A stretch of DNA of 64,000 nucleotides from an uncultured candidate division Zixibacteria bacterium. Lineage in GTDB: Bacteria > Zixibacteria > MSB-5A5 > GN15 > FEB-12. The DNA lies in assembly GCA_963806185.1 (NCBI GenBank), contig CAWDXE010000007.1, positions 832,001 through 896,000 of the forward strand, given 5' to 3'. Under the pieces are notes generated by a model that was not told the DNA's origin, did no database searches, and was given only the letters and a program-made list of their open reading frames with translations. Of the stretch, positions 45,592 to 55,519 are shown piece after piece (positions within the stretch are counted from its first letter, which is position 1; the number at the start of each line of letters is the position of its first letter). Both the position numbers and the translations under genes were made by a program.

Positions 45592-47565
45592 ATGCCCCAA
45601 ACCCTCGTTGAAAAAATCGCCCAAAAGTTTGCCGTCGGCCTTGAGCCCGGGCAACTGGTCAAAGGCGGTGACTATATTTCGATCCGCCCGGCGTACGTCA
45701 TGACCCATGACAATACCGGGGCGGTAATTCCTAAATTCAAATCAATCGGCGCGACCAAGATCTTCAATCCGCGACAGGTGGTCTTTGCGCTCGATCACAA
45801 CGTCCAGGATACGTCGGAAGGGAATCTGAAGAAGTATCGCGGCATCGAGCAGTTTGCCAAGGATCACGGGATTGACTTCTATCCGGCGGGACGGGGCATA
45901 GGTCATCAGATCATGTGCGAAGAGGGGTACGCCTGGCCGTTGACGATGGTGGTGGCCTCCGACAGCCACTCGAACATGTACGGTGGCCTGGGGTGTCTGG
46001 GGACGCCGATTGTCCGGACTGATGCGGCGGCGATCTGGTCGACCGGGCGGACCTGGTGGCAGGTGCCGCCGATTGCCAAGGTGGTGCTCAAGGGGAAATT
46101 GCATCCGGGTGCGACCGGGAAAGATGTCATCATCACTCTGTGCGGGTTCTTCAACAAGGACGAAGTGTTGAATCATGCGGTCGAGTTTTCCGGCGAAGGG
46201 ATTCAGCGGCTGTCCATTAACGACCGATTGGCGATTGCCAATATGACGACCGAATGGGGAGCGCTGGCGGGTGTGTTCCCGATTGACCATGTGACCATCG
46301 ACTGGTTGCGCAAGCGAGCCGATTTCATCGCCAAGCGGGGTCTGGCCAAGGTACCGTCGGACGCCGACGGGAAGGGACATCATCCGCGCATGGGTTTTGA
46401 ACGGGTGGCGGAACTCGAGATGAATCCGCTGCACCCCGATCACGGGGCGTTTTATGCCAAGGAGCTTCATCTCGATCTGGCGTCAGTGGTGCCGCATGTG
46501 TCGGGACCTGATACGGTGAAGACGATGTCACCGATTTCGGTCATCCGAGAACAACGCGTGAAGATTGACAAGGCGTACCTGGTGTCGTGCGTGAACAGCC
46601 GGGTCGACGATCTTGCGGCAGCCGCGAACGTAATCAAAGGGAAGAAGGTTGCGCAAGGGGTGAAGTTCTATATCGCGGCGGCATCGAGCGAAGTTCAAGC
46701 CGAGAGCGAACGTCGCGGCGACTGGCAGGCGCTCCTGGATGCAGGGGCGATTCCGTTGCCGCCCGGGTGCGGACCGTGCATCGGTCTGGGGACCGGTTTG
46801 CTTGAGGACGGCGAAGTCGGCATTTCAGCGACCAACCGGAATTTCAAGGGGCGGATGGGGTCGAAGAGTGCCCATGCGTACCTGGGATCGCCGGAAGTCG
46901 TGGCGGCTTCGGCGGTGGCCGGAATCATCGATATGCCGGAGGCGCACAAGGTGGTGCCGGTGGTAGCCTCGGTGAAAGAGAATCATCGCGAGGGAGTTGC
47001 AGCCGCGAAGGTGCGAATCGTCAAGGGATTTCCGCCCGTGGTAGACGGGGAGTTGATCTACTGCCATCAGGACAACATGAACACCGATGGCATTTACCCC
47101 GGCAAGTACACCTATCAGGATGACATGACACCGGCGCAGCAGGCGCAGGTGGTGATGGAGAATTACGATCCGGAGTTCGGGAAGATCGTCAAAGAGGGTG
47201 ATCTGCTGGTGGGCGGCTTCAATTTCGGCACCGGATCATCGCGCGAACAGGCGGCGACAGCGCTGAAATATCGCGGCGTGCGGCTGGTGATTGGCGGATC
47301 GTTTAATGAGACCTATAAGCGGAACGCGTTGAATAACGGATTCCTGGCGGTGGAAGCGCCGGAACTAGTGAATGATTTAAAGGAGAAATTCGGCGCGGAG
47401 AAGCTGACCGTGCGAACGTCGATACAAGCGAAGATCGATTTTGCCGATTCGGTGCTTCAAGCCGACGGCAAGGAGTACGCCATTGGATCAATCGGTGCGG
47501 CAGCGCAGGAGTTGATAGTGACCGATGGGCTGGAGAACTGGGTGAAGAAGAATCTCAAGGGTTAA
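45592..47565 (+). CDS. lysF: Single-chain homoaconitase, fungal Lys4/LysF type (aconitase family)
   Basis: QTLVEKI..GDYISIRP..THDN, ASDSHSNMYGG, VSCVNSR, CGPCIGLG, SATNRNFKGRMG, NTDGIYPGKYTY, GSSREQAA. Large and swivel domains are fused. Confidence 0.87.
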   Translation: MPQTLVEKIAQKFAVGLEPGQLVKGGDYISIRPAYVMTHDNTGAVIPKFKSIGATKIFNPRQVVFALDHNVQDTSEGNLKKYRGIEQFAKDHGIDFYPAGRGIGHQIMCEEGYAWPLTMVVASDSHSNMYGGLGCLGTPIVRTDAAAIWSTGRTWWQVPPIAKVVLKGKLHPGATGKDVIITLCGFFNKDEVLNHAVEFSGEGIQRLSINDRLAIANMTTEWGALAGVFPIDHVTIDWLRKRADFIAKRGLAKVPSDADGKGHHPRMGFERVAELEMNPLHPDHGAFYAKELHLDLASVVPHVSGPDTVKTMSPISVIREQRVKIDKAYLVSCVNSRVDDLAAAANVIKGKKVAQGVKFYIAAASSEVQAESERRGDWQALLDAGAIPLPPGCGPCIGLGTGLLEDGEVGISATNRNFKGRMGSKSAHAYLGSPEVVAASAVAGIIDMPEAHKVVPVVASVKENHREGVAAAKVRIVKGFPPVVDGELIYCHQDNMNTDGIYPGKYTYQDDMTPAQQAQVVMENYDPEFGKIVKEGDLLVGGFNFGTGSSREQAATALKYRGVRLVIGGSFNETYKRNALNNGFLAVEAPELVNDLKEKFGAEKLTVRTSIQAKIDFADSVLQADGKEYAIGSIGAAAQELIVTDGLENWVKKNLKG

Positions 47566-47591
47566 GCGCAGACATAGAGGGATAGCAGGAG

Positions 47592-48960
47592 ATGGACAAG
47601 TCACTTTCTCGCCAGATCGCGGAGTTCGCGGTCGGGCTAAAATACAGCGACCTCCCGAAGGAGGTCGTTCACGAAGTAAAGCGGTATCTGTACGATTCGA
47701 TCGGGTGTGCCTACGGCGGGTATCGAACGAAAGACGTCAATATCCTCCGCGACATCTACAAGGATATGGGGGGTAAGCCGGAGGCGACGGTGATCGGCTT
47801 CGGCGACAAGATACCGGCAGTGAATGCGACGCTGGTCAATTCGCTGATGATCCGGGCGCTGGATTTCAATGACATCTATTGGAAAGAAGATCCAAGCCAT
47901 CCGTCGGATATTATTCCAGCGGCGCTGGCGGTCGGCGAGGTGATGAATTCGTCGATGGAGGAAGTGATTGTCGCGATCGTGCTGGCGTATGAATTCGAAC
48001 AGCGGCTCTGCGAGTTCGCCACGCCGGGGGTGCGAGAACGGAAGTGGCACCATGCGACGCTGACCCAGTTTGTGTCGCCGATCGTGGCAGGTAAGCTGAT
48101 GGGGCTTTCGGTGGACAAGATGGTGAACGCGATCGGAATCAACGGGTGCCACAATCATACGATCGGTTGTCCGACGGCGGGCAAACTGACGATGATGAAG
48201 AACACGGTTGACCCGATGGCGGTGCAGAGCGGGGTGTTTGCGGCGATGATGGCCGCCAAGGGGTATTCGGGCACGGAAGCGGTGTTCGAGGGGAAAGAGG
48301 GATTCATGGATTGCTTCGGCCCCGGCTGGGCGAACGAGAAGCTGGTCGGCGGGCTGGGGCAGAAATATCAAGATTCTCGAGTGCGGCATGAAGGCGTTTC
48401 CGACCGAGGCGCTCACGCACACGCATATAACCTGTACGTTGAAAGTAATCCGCGACAACGATATCACGCCGGAGCAGATCGAGACGGTGACGGTGACGAC
48501 GATCGCGCGGGCGTGCGATATTCTGTTTGACCAGCACAAGTATCATCCGGACTCACGCGAGACGGCGGATCATTCGCTGCCGTATTGTATCGCGGCGGCG
48601 ATCGTGGATCGTCAGATCACGACCGCCAGTTTCTCGGATGAGAAGTTGAAAGACCCGCGCATCTGGGAGGTGATCACGAAGATCAAAGGGGAAGCGTCGA
48701 AAGAATTCGAAGCGATGTTTCCGGCCAAGCAGCCCTCGAAGGTGGTGGTGCGGACGACGGCGGGGAAGGAGTTCTCGGCGTACCTGGAGTATCCGAAGGG
48801 TGATCCGCGCGAGCCGATGACGCAGGATGATTTGCGGGCGAAGTTTAATGCGCTGTCATCGCACCTGTTTGATGCGCAGCGTCAGGCGAAGCTGGAGCAG
48901 GTGATCATGAATTGTGCGCCGTTGACGGCGGTGGAGTTTATGGGGGGGCTGGGCGCGTAG
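47592..48960 (+). CDS. prpD: MmgE/PrpD-family dehydratase (frameshift near 48370)
   Basis: RALDFND, SHPSD, MMKN, EGKEG, ETADHSLPY, YPKGDPR. Confidence 0.88.
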
Positions 48961-48988
48961 CATTGAGAGCGTCAGTGGGAGGTAGTCT

Positions 48989-49888
48989 ATGAAGGTGTTC
49001 ATCAGTTGGTCGGGTCCGAGATCGCGTCATGTAGCGCTTGAGTTGAAGGAGTGGCTTCCACTCGTCATTAACGAGATAGAACCGTGGTTTTCGGCAACAG
49101 ATATCGATGCCGGGATGGTGTGGAATGACGAGATTTCAAAGCAGTTGTCCGAGAGCAATGTAGGGATAATCTGTGTGACCAAGGAATCGCTAAACTCCCT
49201 TTGGCAGACATTCGAGGCTGGGGCTCTCGCAAAAGCGGTCGACAAGGCCAGAGTAATCCCGCTACTCATCGACCTTCGGCCTGTTGAAGTCACCGGCCCA
49301 CTCTCCCAGTTCCAGGCCGTCCAAGCAGATCGTGAAGGAATTCTTCGAATGATGCAATCATTGCTTCGTACATGTGCGAATACACATCTCAGCGAGGACC
49401 AACTGAAGCGGTCTTTTGAAAGCCTGTGGCCGCAGCTTGAGCGGATTCTGAATTCCGTTCCATCTTTGTCCGCCAGCAGTCAGTCAGTGAGATCAGATCG
49501 GTCGCTGATGGAGGAAATACTTCAAACTGTGCGAGGTCTGACGAAATCGACTGGCAATCGTCAGAGTGGATTATCACAAGCGGATGAGAGTACGATTGGC
49601 GGGACTTTCAACCCGGTACACCTCAAGCTAATAGTCGATATGAATGCACTCGACAAAGGCTTTCTGATGTTGAGTGACAGTCCTGAAGCGCATACCCTTG
49701 ACTCTCTCTTAATGTCAATAAGAGAAGCTTTAAACTTTGATACTAAAGACTACGGAAAGACATGGATACTAACATACCCATCAAAGGATAATCCCTTAAT
49801 GCCCTCGCCGTACAGCAAGAGTCTATCGTTAGCTCAGGCATTCGGAGTGGTGGCGGGCAGCAGGATTATTGCTGTAAAACTTGCTTGA
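48989..49888 (+). CDS. TIR-domain protein with an uncharacterised C-terminal domain
   Basis: MKVFISWSG, DIDAG..W..EI, GIICVT, FEAGAL, GPLSQFQ. Confidence 0.88.
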   Translation: MKVFISWSGPRSRHVALELKEWLPLVINEIEPWFSATDIDAGMVWNDEISKQLSESNVGIICVTKESLNSLWQTFEAGALAKAVDKARVIPLLIDLRPVEVTGPLSQFQAVQADREGILRMMQSLLRTCANTHLSEDQLKRSFESLWPQLERILNSVPSLSASSQSVRSDRSLMEEILQTVRGLTKSTGNRQSGLSQADESTIGGTFNPVHLKLIVDMNALDKGFLMLSDSPEAHTLDSLLMSIREALNFDTKDYGKTWILTYPSKDNPLMPSPYSKSLSLAQAFGVVAGSRIIAVKLA

Positions 49889-50029
49889 TGATCTGTAGAT
49901 TGATTTCATTTACTACTCCACCGTCCAAGCAGCAGGGTTTCTGTTTTGTGGCCCTTCAACCCCGATCAGGGTGCTATGCAGTTTATGCGCAAGCACACGA
50001 GACGTGCGCCGGCCATCAAAAGAACCGAA

Positions 50030-50190
50030 AGATTGCCACGGCTCGAAGCGGGCCTCGCAATGACGAATGGGAGGAAGCGAGCCTCGCAATGACGAAATGG
50101 GAGGAAGCGAGCCTCGCAAGGACTTATTGAATACTATTCTGCGCTAAGACGCGGGAATGGGCCCCGCTCAAGGCGGGGGTGACATTGGGG
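50030..50190. repeat. REP-like cluster
   Basis: gattgccacgg..cctcgcaatgac followed by two more gaagcgagcctcgcaa units, then gggccccgctcaaggcgggggtgaca. Confidence 0.8.
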
Positions 50191-50373
50191 AGAAGTACAG
50201 AAGTCAGAAATCTTGGATGAGCGGAGTTGAGTTCTGCCCTACAATTTTTATCATTGACTCCGCTGATCGGCTTTGCTTACCTATCAATATATCAAGGCTA
50301 GGAGCACGGTTAGCTTAATCGAATAACCAACCGTCGCCAACTAATGACGACGGGCATCACTGCGTTTATATCT

Positions 50374-52230
50374 ATGGCACGAATTGCGGGCATCGTGGAA
50401 TTGGATCGGTCAAAGGCGGTCGAGGTGCAGACGGTCAAGGCGATGGTGAGCACTCTCACGCATGCGCCGTCGTATCAGCCCAAAGTGATCGGCGAGCAAG
50501 GGGTGTCGTTGGGTGCGATCGGCCTCGAGGCAGTGGATCAGTTCGTCTCGTCCTGCCAGATGGGTGAGGTCGCGATCGTGGCGGCCGGGTACCTGCTCAA
50601 TCTGAAGGAGCTTTCTCAGGACATAGCCAAGACTACCAACGGCCGTCTTCCCAAGAATGTCGCGGAGGTCATCGGGCATTATCTCGCGCAGAATTCGGTT
50701 CAATCACTCGACAGGCTGAACGGATTGTGGGCGTTTGCGGCCTGGAACAAAGGGGAGCGGACGCTGGCGCTGGGGGTGGACCGGTTCGGCATGCGGCCGC
50801 TCTACTACCGTCGCACAGGAAACCGGGTGCTGTTTGCGTCGGAAGTCAAAGGGATCGCGCATCAGGCGACTGACCTGACGATGGACCGGCGATCGGTGGA
50901 AGACCTGCTGCATCTCGGATTCATCCTCGATGACCGCACGCCGTACGAGCAGATCACGCGGGTCGCGGCGGGGACAGTCGTTCGGCTCGACGACCAGGGT
51001 GAAAAGAGAATCCGTTACTGGTCGTTTGAGCGGCTGGCGATTGATCCAAAATTGTCAGTCCCGGAATTCTGCGACCAGATACTGCCGGTGTTCAAGCGGA
51101 CGATCGCTCGAGGAGTCGAGATCGCGCGGACGCCGATCTGCATGTTGAGCTGTGGGTATGATTCGCGGAGGATCATCCTTGAACTGGCCAAGCATAGTAG
51201 GCCCCATGCGTATACCTCTGCGGTACAGATGACCGGGGAGAAGTACACCGTCGATGTTGGCGTGGCACGGGCGTTGTGCCAGGAATTGGGCCTGGAGCAT
51301 TCGAGCGTTCCGCTCTATGACCCGTCGATGGCGGGGGATATCGGCCGGTATGGCGCCGCACTCATGGACGGGGAGACGAATCAGCACCGGTGGATTCAGC
51401 CGCTGTTGCGAGAGGTGCCAGTGGGGGCGGGGGTGAATTTCGACGGGCTGGGAGGAGATATACTGCTCTATGGCAAGCATACCGCGCAGGCGGCCCGGGA
51501 GGCACACGCCGATCCAAAGAAACTTGCTGAATTGGCGATCAAACGCTTTGGGCCCGGTGCAGATGCTTGTGTCCCACAGGGCTTCAGCGGTCAACCCATT
51601 GCAGAGCGAATCGCTGAACTTATGGCGGAATTGCCGGAGACGGAAAATCGGTTTTCGCAGTTCTTTTTCGGGCAATGGACGCGCCGTCGCACCGGGATGA
51701 TGGGGCAGAGTCTGATGAGTTATAAGTTTGAATCGATCTATCCGTATCTGGATAACGACTATGTCGAATTAAGCTATCGACTCGCACCCGAATTGAAAAT
51801 TGATTACAATCTTGCGCGCGACATGCTGTGGAAAGAGTATCCGGAGTTGATGGCGAAAATTCCGAGCAGTCATGATCCGCAGATCGGCACGAATCCGGAT
51901 GCGCGATGCAAACCGTTTGTCGCGCCAATTCCCGAGAATTACGCGCTTAAGCGGCGGTATGCTCGATCGATGATGATAGCCGGACGGGTGAGCAGGTCGC
52001 TGGAGCTGCGGAAGGCGCTGAATGGGACATGTCGGGCCATGTTGCTGGGGCTGAAAATATTCGGGCGGGCTTTGCCCGCGGACAGCGCTGTACTTCACCG
52101 GCTGTGGCGACTGGATGTCCTGGAGCCGCTGTCGCACTTGTACTATACGCATAATGATTCGGATCGTCAGCAAGCTGTACTTCAAGAAGCGAGGAAGTAT
52201 CTGTTCGGAGGGGATCAGGAAGCAATTTGA
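50374..52230 (+). CDS. Asparagine-synthetase-like protein lacking the N-terminal catalytic Cys
   Basis: MARIAGIV in place of MCGIAG; LNGLWAFA, DRFGMRPLYY, FASEVK, LSCGYDSR, GLGGD, PYLDND. Confidence 0.82.
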   Translation: MARIAGIVELDRSKAVEVQTVKAMVSTLTHAPSYQPKVIGEQGVSLGAIGLEAVDQFVSSCQMGEVAIVAAGYLLNLKELSQDIAKTTNGRLPKNVAEVIGHYLAQNSVQSLDRLNGLWAFAAWNKGERTLALGVDRFGMRPLYYRRTGNRVLFASEVKGIAHQATDLTMDRRSVEDLLHLGFILDDRTPYEQITRVAAGTVVRLDDQGEKRIRYWSFERLAIDPKLSVPEFCDQILPVFKRTIARGVEIARTPICMLSCGYDSRRIILELAKHSRPHAYTSAVQMTGEKYTVDVGVARALCQELGLEHSSVPLYDPSMAGDIGRYGAALMDGETNQHRWIQPLLREVPVGAGVNFDGLGGDILLYGKHTAQAAREAHADPKKLAELAIKRFGPGADACVPQGFSGQPIAERIAELMAELPETENRFSQFFFGQWTRRRTGMMGQSLMSYKFESIYPYLDNDYVELSYRLAPELKIDYNLARDMLWKEYPELMAKIPSSHDPQIGTNPDARCKPFVAPIPENYALKRRYARSMMIAGRVSRSLELRKALNGTCRAMLLGLKIFGRALPADSAVLHRLWRLDVLEPLSHLYYTHNDSDRQQAVLQEARKYLFGGDQEAI

Positions 52231-52597
52231 CTGGTGAGTCAAGACCGGACACAGCGGCCCTAGGGGGCGTGCCATGAGGACGGTGTCAGGTCACACCGTC
52301 GCTGCCGCATGCGGTCGCGGTTGCCTCGAAGCATATAGGAATCAAGCGTTTAGTCGGACTCCGGGGTCCCGGCAGGGTAATATGGATCAATGTTACTTAG
52401 CGATCGCACGGGATTGTTTGACGGGGGGCCGGAGTTGGGATCGGGGAGCGCAGAAAATGCGTCGCATCCTAACACAATTTTTATGGAACTGGCCGGTTAT
52501 TGCGGTTGTATCAGGATATGAGGAAGGGACAGAGGCCGGACCGGTTGGACGACCGCACGCACGGCCGCACTGAGGGTTCACGCGAGAAGAAAAGTCC

Positions 52598-52626
52598 TTG
52601 ACATCAAGCCGGTTCAGCGGTAGTAT
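52598..52626 (+). promoter_or_regulatory. sigma70-type promoter of the cohesin gene
   Basis: TTGACA-N17-TAGTAT, about 170 nt upstream of the TTG start. Confidence 0.65.
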
Positions 52627-52800
52627 ATGTGTGGACGAAGTCACGAGTCACCCTTCACCTCCGATTGCACAACAGTCAAAAAGACATTTTCGCAAGCAAG
52701 TCGTATTGCGGAATAAATTGTACGAAGCTGTCAAGAGCTACGGAAAGCCCGAATTCAAGACAGCGAACCATCAACCCATGCAACCCTGAGGGGGTGAACC

Positions 52801-53637
52801 TTGTTGAAACGAGTCAGTCTCTTCTCAATTGCCATCGTCGCACTGCTCGTGCCCGCTATGGTCGTCACGGCCGCGGACAATCGAATAGCTGCGGCCAAGG
52901 CGACCGTTAACTCGGATCACACGGTCACCGTTCCGGTTGAGATTAGCAACCAGGACGGATTAATGGCCATTGATCTGCCGTTGACGTGGAACGAAGGGGT
53001 GACCCTGAAGCAGGTCGACTTCTCCAACACCCGGGTGGATTATTTTGATCTGAAGATCGCCAACATCAACAATGAGAAACGTCAGTTGATCATTGGTCTG
53101 GTGACCCAGGTCAGCGCGGAGGCAAGACCGTTGCTCAAAGCCGGCAGCGGAACGATTGCCAATCTGGTGTTTGAAGTGACCGATCCAAACGTGACTGAAG
53201 TCAGTGTCGAAGCGGTGAAACTGCAGAACCCGAATCACTCGCCGATGTTTGTATATCATACGGTCAAGGATGGCGCGGGCTTGCAGACGAAGGTAGATCT
53301 GACCTTCGAGCGGACTTCACTGGCAGTCAACGGCTCCACGGCGTCAAGTGGGCTGCCGACTGTTTTCGCGTTGGGACAGAATTACCCCAATCCATTTAAC
53401 CCGACCACTGATATCAATTTTGCGTTGCCGGTTCCGGCCAACGTCGAAGTGTCAGTGTTCAATCTGCTTGGGCAGAAGGTGACCACGCTGGTCAACGGCG
53501 ATATGCCGGCCGGCAATCACACGATCACCTGGGATGGAACCACCGAGAGCGGCTCTGCGGTCTCGAGCGGAATCTACTTCTATCGGATTACCGCCGGTTC
53601 TTTCACGGAAACCAAGAAGATGATGATGTTGAAGTGA
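52801..53637 (+). CDS. Secreted cohesin-like domain protein with FlgD-Ig/Por-secretion C-terminal domain
   Basis: Signal peptide; TVTVPVEISN..AIDLPLTW..GSGTIANLVF; FALGQNYPNPFNPTT..WDG..SSGIYFYRI..KKMMMLK. Confidence 0.82.
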   Translation: MLKRVSLFSIAIVALLVPAMVVTAADNRIAAAKATVNSDHTVTVPVEISNQDGLMAIDLPLTWNEGVTLKQVDFSNTRVDYFDLKIANINNEKRQLIIGLVTQVSAEARPLLKAGSGTIANLVFEVTDPNVTEVSVEAVKLQNPNHSPMFVYHTVKDGAGLQTKVDLTFERTSLAVNGSTASSGLPTVFALGQNYPNPFNPTTDINFALPVPANVEVSVFNLLGQKVTTLVNGDMPAGNHTITWDGTTESGSAVSSGIYFYRITAGSFTETKKMMMLK

Positions 53638-53677
53638 GCTGAGCTGATTATTTGAGATGCACGTTCAATAAAGTACG

Positions 53678-53714
53678 GCGTCTGGCTGTTCGTCACAGCC
53701 AGACGCTTTTTTTT
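53678..53714 (+). terminator. Intrinsic terminator
   Basis: gcgtctggctg/cagccagacgc stem followed by a T-tract. Confidence 0.8.
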
Positions 53715-53715
53715 G

Positions 53716-54290
53716 CCTTGCCGGCCCTCCCGGCGGGAGAGGGGGAAGGAGTCTTGTGCTTGGTTGAGAGCATTCGCGAATTACGGGATGTGGGCCCCAT
53801 GGATTCCGGGCCGTTGGTCAGGAATGACAAGACTTGCTGTCAGGCTCACAGGGCGCCTGACCTACTTCTCGTGTGACCTACCGGACCTCACCCCGGCCCT
53901 CTCTCTGAAGGGAGAGGGAGTAGAGAAGAGCATGGCGAGGGTGTGTTGTCGATCGTCGCACTTCGACTTCGCTCAGTGCGACGGTGGGGAGGCTCAGTGC
54001 GACGGTTCCGACGCTGAGAGGTCGATCTGGAGATGTCGGCGAGGTGGAGGGATTTTGATTTGAGATTGCGTCGTCCCCTTCGGCTCCGCTCAGGGTCCTC
54101 GCAATGAGTATTCGACGCATGGCGTAAGTCTGACGGAGCGGGTGTCGCCCACCAACCCTCTCTCGGAGGGAGGGGGAAGAGAAGCGCGTCAGGTCACACG
54201 CCGCTAAGAAGCGGCGCAGGATCTGACGCAAAATCTTCTTACCAGTCAGGCTTCCTGAAAAATGGAAACAGAAGCCTGACCTACGTTCTA
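53716..54290. repeat. About 570-bp mosaic of palindromic repeats between two terminators
   Basis: ccctc..gagggg types, ccatggattccgggccgttggtcaggaatgaca, two gtcaggct..cctgacctac, cttcgacttcgctcag, gagattgc..cctcgcaatga. Confidence 0.75.
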
Positions 54291-54345
54291 TAAGAATACC
54301 CCAGCGGGCGAGCCGGTGGGGTATTGAAATCCAATGGTCAAGATG

Positions 54346-55188
54346 TCATGGGCAGGGGGTATTGACTGCTTTGGGCGTGCCATGTTCGACGCCGGAATAG
54401 ACGTGAGTTCCGTCGAGACACCAATTGGCCCCTGCATCGTTGGAGACAGCATCATAGGCGGCTGCCTTCAGAGTCAGGCTTTTGCCCGGTGCGAGGGTTG
54501 GAAAACCGTTAGCTCCGGTAGAATACGACACCTGGTCAATCACCTGGGCACCCGACGAAAGTTTCAGCAGGCCGTTGGTGTTCGGGAGCGTGACCGTACT
54601 GTAAAGATAGTCGGCGACAAAGCCGGCTGACTCACTTCGGGCCAGGACACGGTAGGAATGCGGAGCGATGGTCAGCGCGCCGCTGATGGTGAAGCTGACA
54701 TTGCTGCTGCCGGTGATAGTCATGCCGTTCATATCAAAGGTCTCGGTCGCACTCGTATTGTAGAGTTCGAACCACTCACCGTCAGCGTCAAGAATCTGCA
54801 CTGGGTCGGGCATGATTTCGGTGATGATGATATCACCAGTACCAACGCCGCCGGCACAATTCGCGGTCGGGGTAAAACCAATAAAGAGGTTGTCGATGAG
54901 GGCGGTAAGATCGCCGATGTCAGTTCCCCCCTGACCGTCAGTATTCGCCTCCGCTTCGCAGCACAGGGGGTTGAAGCTGATGAAGAGGTTGTCGATGAGG
55001 GAGGTCAGGTCGCCGATATCGACACCGTCGCCCGCGCTGCAATCGATGTTGCCGGTCTGGCCGACGCAGCAGCCGGCGGTAGAGACCGGCGGATCGGGAC
55101 GTCGGTATGTTTTGGCGTGCACCGGCTGGAAGACGAGCGAGCTGACAATGACCACGGCATAGTACGAGAAGGCAGGGTAACGTATCAT
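54346..55188 (-). CDS. Secreted dockerin-type-I plus lamin-tail-domain protein
   Basis: Signal peptide. Duplicated Ca-loop repeats GNIDCSAGDGVDIGDLTSLIDNLF and ANTDGQGGTDIGDLTALIDNLF. LTD motifs IIITEIMPDP, GEWFELYN, GTP. Confidence 0.88.
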   Translation of the reverse strand: MIRYPAFSYYAVVIVSSLVFQPVHAKTYRRPDPPVSTAGCCVGQTGNIDCSAGDGVDIGDLTSLIDNLFISFNPLCCEAEANTDGQGGTDIGDLTALIDNLFIGFTPTANCAGGVGTGDIIITEIMPDPVQILDADGEWFELYNTSATETFDMNGMTITGSSNVSFTISGALTIAPHSYRVLARSESAGFVADYLYSTVTLPNTNGLLKLSSGAQVIDQVSYSTGANGFPTLAPGKSLTLKAAAYDAVSNDAGANWCLDGTHVYSGVEHGTPKAVNTPCP

Positions 55189-55519
55189 GCGGGACTCCCG
55201 ACAGTGTTTAGGTATGTAGGACGTGGAGAATAATGGACTTTACGGTTCCAATATAACTCCATTCTAGACAAATACAAGACAATTCGCATGTGGCGAAGGG
55301 TGTGGCGAGATAAGTTTGCTTTTGGGCGACGGCGGCCAGCGCAGGAAGTGCGAGAATGGGCGACGAGGGGGAGTTGGCGGGAACACGAATACCGCCCAGG
55401 CGGCCGGATTGGACGCGGGAGCGGTGGGGGGGTAGAGCCCGAAAGGGAGTAGGTCCCAAACCTATCTAGCTGGCGCACGAGACGTACGCCAGCCACTTTG
55501 GGCCAGTTACGAGATTGAT

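Noticed and set aside
50030..50120. Mini-CRISPR-like triple repeats here and at 56064-56160
   Set aside because: Linkers are only about 8-12 nt and purine-rich; the repeats are halves of a dispersed palindromic element.
50200..52600. Lasso-peptide cluster around the AsnB-like gene
   Set aside because: No precursor, B1/PqqD or B2 protease gene nearby.
52630..52800. Riboswitch (e.g. c-di-GMP) in the cohesin gene leader
   Set aside because: The leader is long, but I could not match a known consensus or find convincing stems.
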